A DNA stretch of 64,000 bases from an uncultured Verrucomicrobiae bacterium (GTDB taxonomy: Bacteria; Verrucomicrobiota; Verrucomicrobiia; Chthoniobacterales; JAFAMB01). Positions 27,701-36,913 of the stretch are shown one piece after another. Position 1 is the stretch's first letter. Every line of letters begins with the position of its first letter. Location of the stretch: positions 3,162,623-3,226,622 of the forward strand of contig CAWIPH010000002.1 of the NCBI GenBank assembly GCA_963837955.1. Direction: 5' to 3'. Both the position numbers and the translations under genes were made by a program. Under the pieces are notes generated by a model. It was not told the origin of the DNA. It searched no databases and saw only the letters and a program-made list of their open reading frames with translations.

Positions 27701-30433
27701 TTCAGTCTTTATGTTTCTGGTGAGAACGAGGTCGCTTGGGACTTTCGCAACGCCGCACAGATCGACCTTGTTCCGGACAAGCCAGAGTATCATCCGGGGG
27801 AAACCGCCCGGATATTAGTGAAAAGTCCATATTCGGGCGAAGCCATTGTGAACATCGCGCGTGGACCTGAGATCCTTCGTTCGGAACGAGCCACTCTCAA
27901 TGGTAACTCTCCGACCATCGAAATCCCCATTGTGGCAAGCGACGCTCCCAATGTTTACGTCTCGCTTGTTCTCATTCGTGGCTCGGCTGCCAGCACTCGA
28001 AAAGTTAAGGTTCCGGAGTTTCGGTACGGAATCGCGAATCTCTCAGTGGTTGACCCGGCCACAAAACTCCGCATTGCGATCACTCCTTCGAAGCCGGCGT
28101 TCGAACCAGGTGAACCAGTGGATGTTGAGGTCGATGTCAAAGATGGTTCTGACCATCCTGTTTCAAACGGTGAAGTTACATTTTTTGCGGTCGATGACGG
28201 TGTGCTCGCACTGACCGGGTATCAAAGACCCGCTCCCCACGCTACTTTTTTCAAAACATTTCCGCTCAACGTGCAAATGGGCCTCACATTGGACTCTTTG
28301 TTGGCGGAAGATCCGCAGGACCTACAGTTCACAAATAAGGGCTACCTGATTGGCGGTGGAGGTCTGGATATCCCGGGAGCTAAACTTCGCACCGATTTTC
28401 CAGGAACCGCTTGTTGGGTTCCGTCGGTTCGCACCGATTCGCTCGGACATGCAAAGGTTCATTTCGTTTCACCCGATGCGATCACGCGCTATCGGTTAGT
28501 AGCTGTTGCCTTTGCTGGAAACAGTCAATTTGGATCCGCCGAATCATCGGTAACTATTCGAAAACCGTTGTTGATCTTACCGACGATGCCCAGGTTTACT
28601 CGCGCCGGCGACCGGCTCGTGGCACGTGCGGTCATCCGGAACGACACCGGTCAGGAAGAGAATGTCCAGGTAAAGCTGCTCTTGGATGAACGGTTTTCCG
28701 CTGCTCAACCAACGACGACCGCTTTTTCTTTGCCCACCGGAAGCGCGCGCACAATCGACTTCCCCATCCAAGCCGGCAACCCCGGCACAAGCCATTGGGA
28801 ATGGTCGGTCCAATCGGATCATCATGAGGACCGTGTTGCCGCCACGACCGAGATCAAGCCGGCCGGACCAACTCTGCGAGAGGTTTACTTGAGCGATCTC
28901 ACCGATAGGCAAATGGATCTGCTTACCGGAATCAATCCACAGCTCCTCGAAGGGCAGGGCACGCTTAACCTCACGCTTTCGAACACGCGTTTGACTTCCT
29001 TGCGAGAAGCGATCCAATCGCTGCGGAGCTACCCGTATCAGTGCACAGAACAACTGACGTCAGGCCTGGTTCCGGTGTTAGTCCGCGATCAACTAAAATC
29101 TGCTTTGCCCAGTCAAATTGCCGATAGAGGCACTCAGCCAGCGGATGTGGCGGGAACATTGAGCTTACTCTTTGATCGACAGACCGGATCTGGTGGTCTG
29201 TCGCTCTGGCCGAAGGGCAGCCAACCAGCGCTTTTTGCCAGCGCTTACGCCGTCTGGGTTACAGCCGGCCTACAGCAAGAAGGTGCGGAGGTCCCATCGG
29301 AAAAGTGGAAACACCTTCTCGATTATCTCAGTGAAAGCCTTCGCGGCCTACCAAAAATCCATGATGAGCTCCGCCTGAACGAGGAAGCGTTCGTCTTGCT
29401 TGCGCTCGCGGCAGCCGGTCGTGCTGAACCGAGTTACTACGAAGAATTTATCAGTCGAAAAGCAGAGCTATCACGCGAAACGCGCGCGATCGTGGCTATG
29501 GCGATGCTGACCGGTGGCGGGACTGGTAAGGGCGCCATGGACGCTCTGCTGGACGTGAAAGCGGCAGCACCGGAAACCGAGTCTTTGTATAGCGGGACTG
29601 CCCGGGAGAACGCACTTCTCCTGTTTGCCTGGACCCGCTATAAACCGCGTGCGCCCGAAATAGCTCCATTGGTGAAAGAATTGCTGGGAACACGTCATTT
29701 CGGGCGCTGGGATACGACCCAGGAGAACGCTTGGGCCCTCCTGGCGCTGGCAAATTATTATCGAACATCAGAGTCCGGCGGTAAGTCTGTGAGCGGGACT
29801 GTTCTATCGGCAGGACAACCCCTCGCTTTTGAAGTGACCCGCCAAAAGCCGTCCTGGACCACCTCAATGGTGTTGGATCCGGCCAAACCTGTGCACGCGC
29901 TTACCGTCCGCCGCGAAGGGACAGGAGCCCTCTTCGGCGAAGCTCAATTCGAGGTTTATCCCGCTCTCCTCGAACAACCACGTCAAGATCGAGGTTATGC
30001 CGTCTCGCGATCTTATCAGAAAATTGGCGACGACGGTAAGTTGCAACCCGCTACCGAGTTCAGGGTCGGCGATCGCATCCTCGTCACTCTAAACGTGAAA
30101 TCGAACCGACCTGGAAGATTGGTGGCGATTGATGATCCGGTTCCGTCGGTCTTTGAAGCTATTAATCCAAATTTTCGACCAGATAACGCCGGCACGAACA
30201 CGCCGGCAGAAGACGAGGATTATGCCGACTACCGCGAGATTCACGGAGATCGGGTCCAGTTCTTTTGCGACCAGCTGGCAGCTGGTGACTACACATTTCG
30301 CTATTTGAGTCGGGTTCGCTTTGTTGGAGAAGCAGCCGTTCCACCCACGAAAGTCGTCGAGATGTATCGACCGGCCAGATTTGGGCTTGGCCCAACCGAT
30401 CGAGTGAGAAGCACGGCGGCGGAGGGCGAATAG
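24797..30433 (+). CDS. Bacterial alpha-2-macroglobulin family lipoprotein with intact thioester motif
   Basis: 1878-aa ORF. The N-terminus carries a lipobox (GTLIAC). Repeated MG-type beta-sandwich regions are present. The thioester motif CTEQ occurs in SLRSYPYQCTEQLTSG. Length and layout match ECAM/YfhM-type A2M. Confidence 0.95.
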   Translation: MFQNARAFLGTLIACALAPAALAADKDVELLADAEFLQPTSTLEFRFATAVATKDDVGAVPAIAPIEIRPALAGAFTWLSQRSGVFVPSRPPPLGTEFVVSIRPDFQDLSGRRIGKDFSAVVKTPAYAITRAVVSEDEAGSPKPAVRIALNLDTQLSPELFRFVNQAGDSVPGEVRYAKTIDYFQLAPELLDWNRRWENRDRASASTQEYGEEDQEKTQPDRLIVTPKEPLDPGKQWQLEIAPGLKPISGNEVITTAKIVPIGVVKPFTVKNLLPTNYIHSGKTLTVEFSRELAPDITAESAARFIRIEPAVDHLRYESDFDQVKVFGAFTLGQTYQITFSPEIVDKFGMPMEGEHSRSFQFAPVKPRVYLPVISGDQYRNGHRQFEVLSVNVRRLQVRAVLVDPANGPAAKKAFATYDHDEERSAPEDEPNQRISEDKIRGKVIYDHSFEVAGAEVDARLKTQLDWSEIAGASRGGMILLTVEGDPISGTGNQRIGAQALIQLTDIGVFWTRESDKLRFSLFSLSSGAPLAPAEILFLNENRVQLNRVTSDGTGSASVPFSPEIEWVVVKQRDDSYTLNLGKEASVLPAAGFNLQIYYPQWEAEQVAEGVRSFLFTDRPLYRPGETVHVRGFVRTLKRSGLESPKAWKGQANVIDAHGDTVFSGEVLTDAQGAFQTDIPLKATTLGRQSLRIRFGAETEDSDESYGSAEASFEVADYEPNAFQLDLNMPEQFTPSALARAEVSGKYLFGAPLTRAQVRWTLQTTSAVFAPTGFENFQFATEDPQPKTTTVTGSGSYDGVHPLVINPELPKTNGRLLQGVLTVDMTDLNQQTVTESRLFHKDPAAFYLGVARAENSVIKAGERVPIQCIAVTPEGKPLEQAVDVQVEVIQKRNETVRVKGAGKSVSFRTNQVEESIAQTRGQTLQPVLTSSQWLITEGKTAEITLPAAGEYLVRANARDPDGQQVTTEFSLYVSGENEVAWDFRNAAQIDLVPDKPEYHPGETARILVKSPYSGEAIVNIARGPEILRSERATLNGNSPTIEIPIVASDAPNVYVSLVLIRGSAASTRKVKVPEFRYGIANLSVVDPATKLRIAITPSKPAFEPGEPVDVEVDVKDGSDHPVSNGEVTFFAVDDGVLALTGYQRPAPHATFFKTFPLNVQMGLTLDSLLAEDPQDLQFTNKGYLIGGGGLDIPGAKLRTDFPGTACWVPSVRTDSLGHAKVHFVSPDAITRYRLVAVAFAGNSQFGSAESSVTIRKPLLILPTMPRFTRAGDRLVARAVIRNDTGQEENVQVKLLLDERFSAAQPTTTAFSLPTGSARTIDFPIQAGNPGTSHWEWSVQSDHHEDRVAATTEIKPAGPTLREVYLSDLTDRQMDLLTGINPQLLEGQGTLNLTLSNTRLTSLREAIQSLRSYPYQCTEQLTSGLVPVLVRDQLKSALPSQIADRGTQPADVAGTLSLLFDRQTGSGGLSLWPKGSQPALFASAYAVWVTAGLQQEGAEVPSEKWKHLLDYLSESLRGLPKIHDELRLNEEAFVLLALAAAGRAEPSYYEEFISRKAELSRETRAIVAMAMLTGGGTGKGAMDALLDVKAAAPETESLYSGTARENALLLFAWTRYKPRAPEIAPLVKELLGTRHFGRWDTTQENAWALLALANYYRTSESGGKSVSGTVLSAGQPLAFEVTRQKPSWTTSMVLDPAKPVHALTVRREGTGALFGEAQFEVYPALLEQPRQDRGYAVSRSYQKIGDDGKLQPATEFRVGDRILVTLNVKSNRPGRLVAIDDPVPSVFEAINPNFRPDNAGTNTPAEDEDYADYREIHGDRVQFFCDQLAAGDYTFRYLSRVRFVGEAAVPPTKVVEMYRPARFGLGPTDRVRSTAAEGE

Positions 30434-30651
30434 AAATGTGTGCTTGAGAGCGCAATCGTCCTCGTGGTCACGCTCGAAGAAAGGGCCACCAAATCGATGA
30501 CCTGGAGAGAGGATGTGATTGTCACCGAAGGACTGCATTGGTGCAAAAACGAACATCAGTTGAGTTCGTAGTCACGGGGCACAACGGCTCTCGAGGACGA
30601 CGACGAGCACGAGGACGAAGGCTTTCGCGAGAAAGCCTAGGCCGATGACCA

Positions 30652-32898
30652 ATGGCGCTAAATAGATATCTACTTATCGGAACGGCCACTATCCTCCTCG
30701 GTTGGCTCGGAGGGGAGATCGCGTTGCGTTCCACTCCGGTTCCTCGGGCACTAAATACGTCGCTCCCGCAGAGCGTTAAGTTTGTCGATCGCAGAGGACG
30801 ACCGTTGCGCCGCGTCCTGCAAGACCAGCGTATTTACCGTTCGCGGTGTTCGTTGAGCGACATCTCACCGAACGCCATCGCAGCAACTCTCAGCGCGGAA
30901 GACAAACGATTCCGCGTCCATTCCGGGATCGACTTCTTCGCGGCAGGCCGGGCATTGCTGCAATTCGTGAACAGCGGTACCACCCACTCAGGAGCATCGA
31001 CCATCACCGAACAGCTCGTGAAACTAGGCGAGAGTAGAGAACCCCGGACAATTCCCACGAAATTAAGGGAAATCTGGGGCGCTCTATGTATCGAGCGGCA
31101 TTGGAGCAAAGAGCGCATTCTGGAAGAGTACCTAAACCGGCTGGATTACGGAGACCTGCAAGTTGGATTGGCATCTGCCAGCTGGGACTACTTTGAAAAG
31201 CCTCCAAGTGATCTGAGCGTGGCGGAAGCTGCGTTCTTGGCCGCGATTCCGCAGGCGCCTTCACGGCTCGACCCATTCAAACATTTCATCGCGACGCAGA
31301 CCCGCCAGCGCTGGGTACTCAGCCGGATGCGGGCGAATGGCTATCTGGATGACGCAACTTATGCCAGGGCCCTTGCTGAACCTCTCCGATTACATCAGCG
31401 GAGCCGGGATTTCGAAGCACCTCTTCTTGTCGATCTGCTGCTGGAGCGGCGCGGCACATTGCCTCCGGAAGGCGGCACTGTGCACACCACCGTTGATCTG
31501 TCGTTAAACCAATGGATCGACCAGGTGATTGGTCGTCAACTCAACGCATTGTCGGAAAAGAACGTCTCTGCCGCAGCAGTGGTCGTCATTGACAATCAGT
31601 CGGGCGACGTACTGGCTCTTTGCGGATCGGGCGACTATTTCGAACCTGGGACTGGCCAAATCAATGGAGCATGGAGTGCTCGGTCCGCGGGATCCGCATT
31701 GAAACCGTTTACTTACCTGCGCTCGCTCGAGAAAGGCGCCTTTCCGGGGACGGTAGTTGCTGACGTCCCGACGGATTTTGCTACGGAGACCGGCCTTTAT
31801 CATCCGAACAATTACAACCATCGTTTCTACGGACCAGTCACCATGCGCTTTGCTCTGGCCAATTCTCTTAACGTGGCCGCAATTAAAGTACTTGAGCAGA
31901 CCGGCGGTCCGGAAGTTCTCTACGAAGCCTTACAAAAAGCCGGGATCACGACTCTCGGACATCCGGCAGCCTATTACGGACTGGGATTGACGATTGGCAA
32001 TGGCGAAGTGCGACTGCTCGAGCTAACTAATGCATTCGCATCATTAGCGCGCCTGGGAATTTATCGTCCGTTCCGCCTTCTTTCACGGCAAGGCGAGTTA
32101 GGCGCTCCGGGTCACCGGATCTTTGATGAGCGGGCGGCCTATCTTTTGGCGGATATGCTCAGCGACAATCACGCGCGAGCCGCGACATTTGGACTGAATT
32201 CGTATTTGAGCTTTGATTTTCCGGTCGCGTGTAAGACCGGGACAAGTTCGAACTATCGGGATAATTGGACACTCGGTTTCACCCCGGAGTGGACGATCGG
32301 CGTCTGGGTCGGCAATCCAGATAACGCGCCGATGAGAGGCATCACTGGAGTAACCGGGGCAGCGCCGATATTTCGGGAGGTCATGCTGCACCTTCGCGAA
32401 CAACGCGGAACTAGCTGGTATCACAGTCCGCCTGGGATCGACCATTGCTGGATTGATCCCCTCACCGGCCGAGAGGTTATGAAGGGTCAATCCCGTGCAG
32501 TCGAAGAAATCTTCGCGTTCCGACCTGAATCAGCCCGGCCCGAAGACTATGACTCGGCAAACCACGTACGACTGCCAGCTGAATACTCCGCCTGGCTGGA
32601 GAGCAGCCAAAATACCTCTATACCGCTCCTTCGGTCGCCCGCTCAGCGTTTGCAGATCCTCCAGCCTGCGCCGGGCAGTTCTTATTTTCTGGACCCAGAC
32701 CTGCCGGCCAACGATCAGAGACTTGTGTTGAGTGCCGAATCAAGTGGATCGCTGGAATGGAAATCCGCCTCGCTTGATTGTCGCGCCGATGGCGATCATG
32801 TGACAGTCTTGCTTCGGGAGGGCCGTCACGAGATCGTCGCGCACGATAGAACGACGGGCGAAACGGCCTCAACTTGGATCAACGTGCGACCATGGTAG
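30652..32898 (+). CDS. pbpC: Penicillin-binding protein 1C (bifunctional glycosyltransferase/transpeptidase)
   Basis: 748-aa ORF with GT51 motifs (SAEDKRFRVHSGID, GASTITEQLVK). Transpeptidase motifs are SxxK (GSALKPF), SxN (NSLN) and KTG (CKTGTS). A PBP1C-type C-terminal beta domain is present. It lies directly downstream of the A2M gene. Confidence 0.9.
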   Translation: MALNRYLLIGTATILLGWLGGEIALRSTPVPRALNTSLPQSVKFVDRRGRPLRRVLQDQRIYRSRCSLSDISPNAIAATLSAEDKRFRVHSGIDFFAAGRALLQFVNSGTTHSGASTITEQLVKLGESREPRTIPTKLREIWGALCIERHWSKERILEEYLNRLDYGDLQVGLASASWDYFEKPPSDLSVAEAAFLAAIPQAPSRLDPFKHFIATQTRQRWVLSRMRANGYLDDATYARALAEPLRLHQRSRDFEAPLLVDLLLERRGTLPPEGGTVHTTVDLSLNQWIDQVIGRQLNALSEKNVSAAAVVVIDNQSGDVLALCGSGDYFEPGTGQINGAWSARSAGSALKPFTYLRSLEKGAFPGTVVADVPTDFATETGLYHPNNYNHRFYGPVTMRFALANSLNVAAIKVLEQTGGPEVLYEALQKAGITTLGHPAAYYGLGLTIGNGEVRLLELTNAFASLARLGIYRPFRLLSRQGELGAPGHRIFDERAAYLLADMLSDNHARAATFGLNSYLSFDFPVACKTGTSSNYRDNWTLGFTPEWTIGVWVGNPDNAPMRGITGVTGAAPIFREVMLHLREQRGTSWYHSPPGIDHCWIDPLTGREVMKGQSRAVEEIFAFRPESARPEDYDSANHVRLPAEYSAWLESSQNTSIPLLRSPAQRLQILQPAPGSSYFLDPDLPANDQRLVLSAESSGSLEWKSASLDCRADGDHVTVLLREGRHEIVAHDRTTGETASTWINVRPW

Positions 32899-32911
32899 TG
32901 ACCGCAAATCT

Positions 32912-34132
32912 TCAAATCCCGGAACCAAAGACTCGCTGCGTGGGCTTCGGTAAACGGTCGACAATTCGCTGACCGATCGCGAGCGAAGCGGTCGCGGCAG
33001 GTGAAGGTGCATTCAACACGTGGGTGGAGCGCTCCCCCTCCAATATCAAAAAATCATCGACCATTGAACCATCAAAGCGCACCGCTTGCGCGCGGATACC
33101 GGAATCCGCCGGCTGCAGATCCTCTATTCGGATTGCCGGGACTAACCGCTGCACGGCATCCAAGAATCGGCGCTTGCTCAGCGCTCGGAGGATTTCGGAG
33201 ATCCCGGTGTTCCAAAACCGCGCAGCTAAGTGCCAAGTCCCCGGAAATAACAAGATCTCTGCCGCATCACCGGCGTTAAGCCCTAATTTTCCATAGTTTT
33301 CCCGAGCAAGCGCTGGAACCGCGCTCGGGCCCGCGTGTACCGTATCGTCAATCCCCCGAGTAAGATGGACACCTAAGAAAGGGAACGAGGGGTTTGGCAC
33401 CGGATAGACGAGCGCTTTCACCAATCGCTCTGCTTTTTCGGATAATTCGAAGTAATCTCCGCGGAACGGAATGATTCGGACCGGAAGCGAGTTAAGTTGC
33501 AAACGAGCAACTCGATCGCTTTGCAATCCTGCGCAGTTTATCAGGTGCGCAGCACTCAACACGTCACCGGACGTTCGAATGTGCAACTCGGAGGCGCTGC
33601 TGCCGATCGATTCGACGCGCCGGTTCAACAGGATCGAGCCGCCGGCGCTCTGGATTAATTCCAGCAGTTTTTGGCAGACTTGCCGAAAATCTACCACAGC
33701 TGTCGTTGGCACGTGCAATGCCCTGATCGCATTCACGTGCGGTTCGATCTCCAAGGCTTCCTCTCGTCCAATCTCGCGCACCGGGACTCCATTAGCCTTT
33801 GCCCGACCAGCCAGTGTGGCCAGTCCGGGTAATTCGCCCTCTTTAGTAGCGACGATGATCTTGCCGGTTACTTTAACCGGAATGCCATGCTCCTGGCAAA
33901 AACTGATCATCTCCGCGGCGCCCTTGCGGCAGAGCTCGGCCTTGGCGCTACCGGGCGCATAATAGATTCCCGAATGAATAACACCACTATTTCGACCGGT
34001 TTGATGCGCGGCGATTCGATCCTCCTTTTCCAAAATCGCGATTCGCGAACCGGGGACGCGCTTCAGGTAGGCAAAACCCACCGCTAGACCCACGATGCCC
34101 CCGCCGACAATTACGCAGTCATAGGCGCTCAT
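32912..34132 (-). CDS. lhgO: L-2-hydroxyglutarate oxidase-type FAD-dependent oxidoreductase
   Basis: 406-aa ORF with YDCVIVGGGIVGLAVG and SGVIHSGIYYAPGSAKA. The overall layout is typical of LhgO/YgaF. Confidence 0.8.
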   Translation of the reverse strand: MSAYDCVIVGGGIVGLAVGFAYLKRVPGSRIAILEKEDRIAAHQTGRNSGVIHSGIYYAPGSAKAELCRKGAAEMISFCQEHGIPVKVTGKIIVATKEGELPGLATLAGRAKANGVPVREIGREEALEIEPHVNAIRALHVPTTAVVDFRQVCQKLLELIQSAGGSILLNRRVESIGSSASELHIRTSGDVLSAAHLINCAGLQSDRVARLQLNSLPVRIIPFRGDYFELSEKAERLVKALVYPVPNPSFPFLGVHLTRGIDDTVHAGPSAVPALARENYGKLGLNAGDAAEILLFPGTWHLAARFWNTGISEILRALSKRRFLDAVQRLVPAIRIEDLQPADSGIRAQAVRFDGSMVDDFLILEGERSTHVLNAPSPAATASLAIGQRIVDRLPKPTQRVFGSGI

Positions 34133-34531
34133 AATCTAGTGGACTGTATCATAGGACTCCGCCACGCGGTTGCTCGGCGGCGCGGCGGAAAGCCTCGATT
34201 TTCCTCGCCGGATCTCATCGAAATTGTTTTATTCCGTTTCGTAGTGTTTGTTCTCTCGTCCTCCAATGTGGGCAAGGCGAATCGACGAAAGTATGAATTT
34301 GCGCATCTCTCATCACGATTGCGGCGCACGTTGCTTTCAGAGAGCGCATTTGCCCGGCTTCCCGATCGCCGGCCCCAAGTTGGCTTGGAGCTAAAACGAT
34401 CGCGGCTGGGAATAAAAGTTAAAACCAGCGTTCCTAGTAACAAGGATTGGCTACGAGTCTGAACTACGGTTCGGGGCTCACAGCCATCCGCTGTTGCATC
34501 CATAATCCAAAATCGAACCTAGAATCTAGAA

Positions 34532-34813
34532 ATGATCAAACCATCCAAAGCACTTATTGCCGGTGCAGCTATCGCCGGTCTTCTTACCGGTTCAGTGGCC
34601 GCTCGAGCTTATGCGGCGAGCACCACTCCGAGCAAGGCGGGCGTTGCTATCCAAACGTTAGACGCCGAAAAGGGCAAGCATGCTTGCAAAGGCAAGAATA
34701 GCTGTAAAGGACAAGGCGGCTGCAAAACTGGCGACAATAGTTGCAAGGGTAAGAACTCTTGCAAGGGCAAAGGCGGCTGCGCGACCGACGGCAGCAAACC
34801 CCCGAAGGCTTAA
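34532..34813 (+). CDS. Sec-signal, 6-Cys Lys/Gly-rich small protein; candidate bufferin-type (BufA2-like) RiPP precursor
   Basis: 93-aa ORF with signal peptide MIKPSKALIAGAAIAGLLTGSVAARAYA. The core has two tandem copies of C-K-G-K-N-S-C-K-G-x-G-G-C (HACKGKNSCKGQGGCKTGDNSCKGKNSCKGKGGCATDG), giving six Cys in total. It is followed by a strong hairpin. A DoxX gene and a DUF692/DUF2063 pair lie nearby. Confidence 0.7.
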   Translation: MIKPSKALIAGAAIAGLLTGSVAARAYAASTTPSKAGVAIQTLDAEKGKHACKGKNSCKGQGGCKTGDNSCKGKNSCKGKGGCATDGSKPPKA

Positions 34814-34830
34814 TAACTACCTACTCTGAT

Positions 34831-34869
34831 AAGGTTCCCCTGCTGATCAGAATCAGTATGGGGAACCTT
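34831..34869 (+). terminator. Stem-loop immediately downstream of the Cys-rich precursor gene (possible terminator/attenuator)
   Basis: A perfect 10-bp stem, AAGGTTCCCC (34831-34840) with GGGGAACCTT (34860-34869). Additional inner pairing is CTGAT/ATCAG. The following tract is only weakly T-rich (CTATTTCC). Confidence 0.45.
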
Positions 34870-35078
34870 CTATTTCCAGCTTGGATTTGGCCGTCCCTGA
34901 CAGGTCAATTCAGATAAAGAATTGACGGTTGAATATTCGGCTAAACCGTGTCCTGTCCCGCCTCTCCAATTTCGAGAGCGGTGCGCCAGATCCGAAATTT
35001 CTAGTTCGTTTGGAATCGTCGAGTGCTGTTCTGTCTCTACTGAGTGTCTAAAATCCAAACAACTAGCCTAGCCTCAAC

Positions 35079-35582
35079 ATGAATCCTTTCATCCAATCGG
35101 TGGCCGATAAATATCGACTGCTGGTCTCTCTGCTCAATTCTTTGCAGGCGCCATTTCTCCTGATATTAAGAGTCTATTTCTTCTGGCAGCTGTTCCTGGC
35201 CGGCAAAGGCAAGCTTCTTAACATCGCAAAAGTCTCGGAGTTCTTCGCGAGCCTTGGAATCCCGCTGCCCACTCTGAATGCCTACTTCATAGGCTCGCTC
35301 GAATGTTTCGGTAGCTTGTTGCTGATTGTCGGCTTGGCGTCGCGACCTCTGGCTCTTTTGATCGTGGTTGCGATGATTGTCGCCTACCTAACGGCTGATA
35401 TTGAGTCCGTGACCAAATTGTTCAGCTTTTACCCACATCCGCATCAGTTTTTTAAGGCAGCTCCATTCCCTTTTTTGCTCGCCGCGCTGGTCATTCTGGC
35501 GTTTGGTCCAGGAAAGATCTCTCTCGATGCCATCATCGCAAAATGGTTTTGCCAAAAGAGGGGGTCTCTGTCAGAGCAGTAA
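35079..35582 (+). CDS. DoxX family membrane protein
   Basis: 167-aa ORF with four hydrophobic helices and the DoxX-like pattern LLILRVYFFWQLFLAGKGKL ... FIGSLECFGSLLLIVGLASRPLALLIVVAMIVAY. Confidence 0.85.
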   Translation: MNPFIQSVADKYRLLVSLLNSLQAPFLLILRVYFFWQLFLAGKGKLLNIAKVSEFFASLGIPLPTLNAYFIGSLECFGSLLLIVGLASRPLALLIVVAMIVAYLTADIESVTKLFSFYPHPHQFFKAAPFPFLLAALVILAFGPGKISLDAIIAKWFCQKRGSLSEQ

Positions 35583-35612
35583 AGACTCCCCGATCGAGCA
35601 AGTCAAAGGCCC

Positions 35613-36398
35613 ATGTTGCTTAAGACAGAACGAAAACGGCCCGAAGAGTGGTCACTTCATCGCGCTAAGGCTAAGCAAAGCTGGATGGTGCCGTTCCTGG
35701 CTTTCGAGTGGGTCTGGGAGTGGCTGGCCTACTGGCTTAGCGGCTGGGCGTTCATTGAAGTGCTGGAATACGTTCAAACGCTGGGGATAATGGTTGCGAT
35801 CATCTTTTATTTTGCCGATAGCGGAAATCGAACCAAGCAAAAGAACTATCAAGCTTGGCAGGTCATCAACACCGCTCAGGGCAAAGGAGGCAGCGGCGGC
35901 CGAGTCGAAGCTTTAGAAGAGCTTCTCCAAGACAAGGTCTCTTTGGTTGGACTGGATGTTAGCGACGCATACTTGTTCAGGGTGCGCCTTGATAAAGCGC
36001 GCTTAGATCGAAGCAACTTTCATGGCACGGACGCCCGGGGTGGAAGCTTCGAGAAAGCGAAAATGGAATCTTCCGATTTCACTTCAGCCAATGTACGGGG
36101 CGGCAACTTTGCCAAGGCAGATCTAAGAAATGCGGTTCTCAAGGACGCAGATTTAATGGGAGCTAATCTCACTGAGGCGGATCTTGGGGGCGCGGACCTC
36201 AGTCGAGTGGATCTACGGGACGCTGACTTGCGCGGGGTCAAATGGAAAGACATTCGAACCATCAAATTGGCCAACGTTTACGGTGTCCGTAACGCTCCGG
36301 ATGGCTTTCTCAGTTGGGCCCTGGGCCAGGGCGCTGTTGCCATAGAAAGCGATAGGGACTGGTATGCCAAGCTGAATGAGGAACCGGCTGAACAATGA
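35613..36398 (+). CDS. Membrane-anchored pentapeptide-repeat protein
   Basis: 261-aa ORF with two N-terminal hydrophobic helices. These are followed by a long run of A(D/N)LxX pentapeptide repeats (ANVRGGNFAKADLRNAVLKDADLMGANLTEADLGGADLSRVDLRDADLRG). Confidence 0.85.
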   Translation: MLLKTERKRPEEWSLHRAKAKQSWMVPFLAFEWVWEWLAYWLSGWAFIEVLEYVQTLGIMVAIIFYFADSGNRTKQKNYQAWQVINTAQGKGGSGGRVEALEELLQDKVSLVGLDVSDAYLFRVRLDKARLDRSNFHGTDARGGSFEKAKMESSDFTSANVRGGNFAKADLRNAVLKDADLMGANLTEADLGGADLSRVDLRDADLRGVKWKDIRTIKLANVYGVRNAPDGFLSWALGQGAVAIESDRDWYAKLNEEPAEQ

Positions 36399-36434
36399 TT
36401 CGGACGCGTCTCCAACTCGGCCGGCCGCGGACAA

Positions 36435-36649
36435 GTAGCCTGATGCTTCCTCCTTCGTTCCCTCAACCCCAAAACTACGGCGGACAAGCCAGCCTCAGGG
36501 AACACCTTAGTGATTGGTGAATAGTGATTAGATTAGTGAGAGGGCGGTGGGAGAATTTCTCCGAGGATTTGCCGATAGGCTCCACCAATCACTGCTCACT
36601 TCTCACAATGGCTCCGCCCTGGGTTCCTGAGCCAAGAGGATCAGGCTAC
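36435..36649. repeat. Palindromic intergenic repeat element, copy A (MITE/REP-like)
   Basis: Right arm CCTGAGCCAAGAGGATCAGGCTAC at 36626-36649. The left arm starts GTAGCCTGATGCTTCC (36435-) and is split from its CCAGCCTCAGGG part (36489-36500) by ~40 nt. Inner inverted repeats are GTGATTGGTG (36510-36519) and CACCAATCAC (36584-36593). Confidence 0.65.
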
Positions 36650-36913
36650 ACAATTACAAACGGACGCGCGGGCCGCCTTCGCAACTACGGCGCGCCCTAG
36701 CGTTGAGGTTGAGAAACACCGTAGAACCGCCCGCGACGAAGCGTTTCGCGTAGTCGGGAGCGCGTCCCTACCTTATTCGGATTCCGCAAGCATCGCTCGA
36801 CCACGATTCTTCGCATCATCATGGAATAATCTGTATAGTCCTTCCATCTTAACACTGACGCACGGAGATTTCTCCCTTACCTGAAAATCAACGAGCAACC
36901 CGATCGCGATTTT

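Noticed and set aside
25031-27793. Antisense ORFs within the alpha-2-macroglobulin gene (25031..25636, 27092..27793 and others)
   Set aside because: They lie entirely inside the 1878-aa A2M ORF and have no motifs. The A2M frame is strongly supported by its lipobox, the CTEQ thioester and its length.
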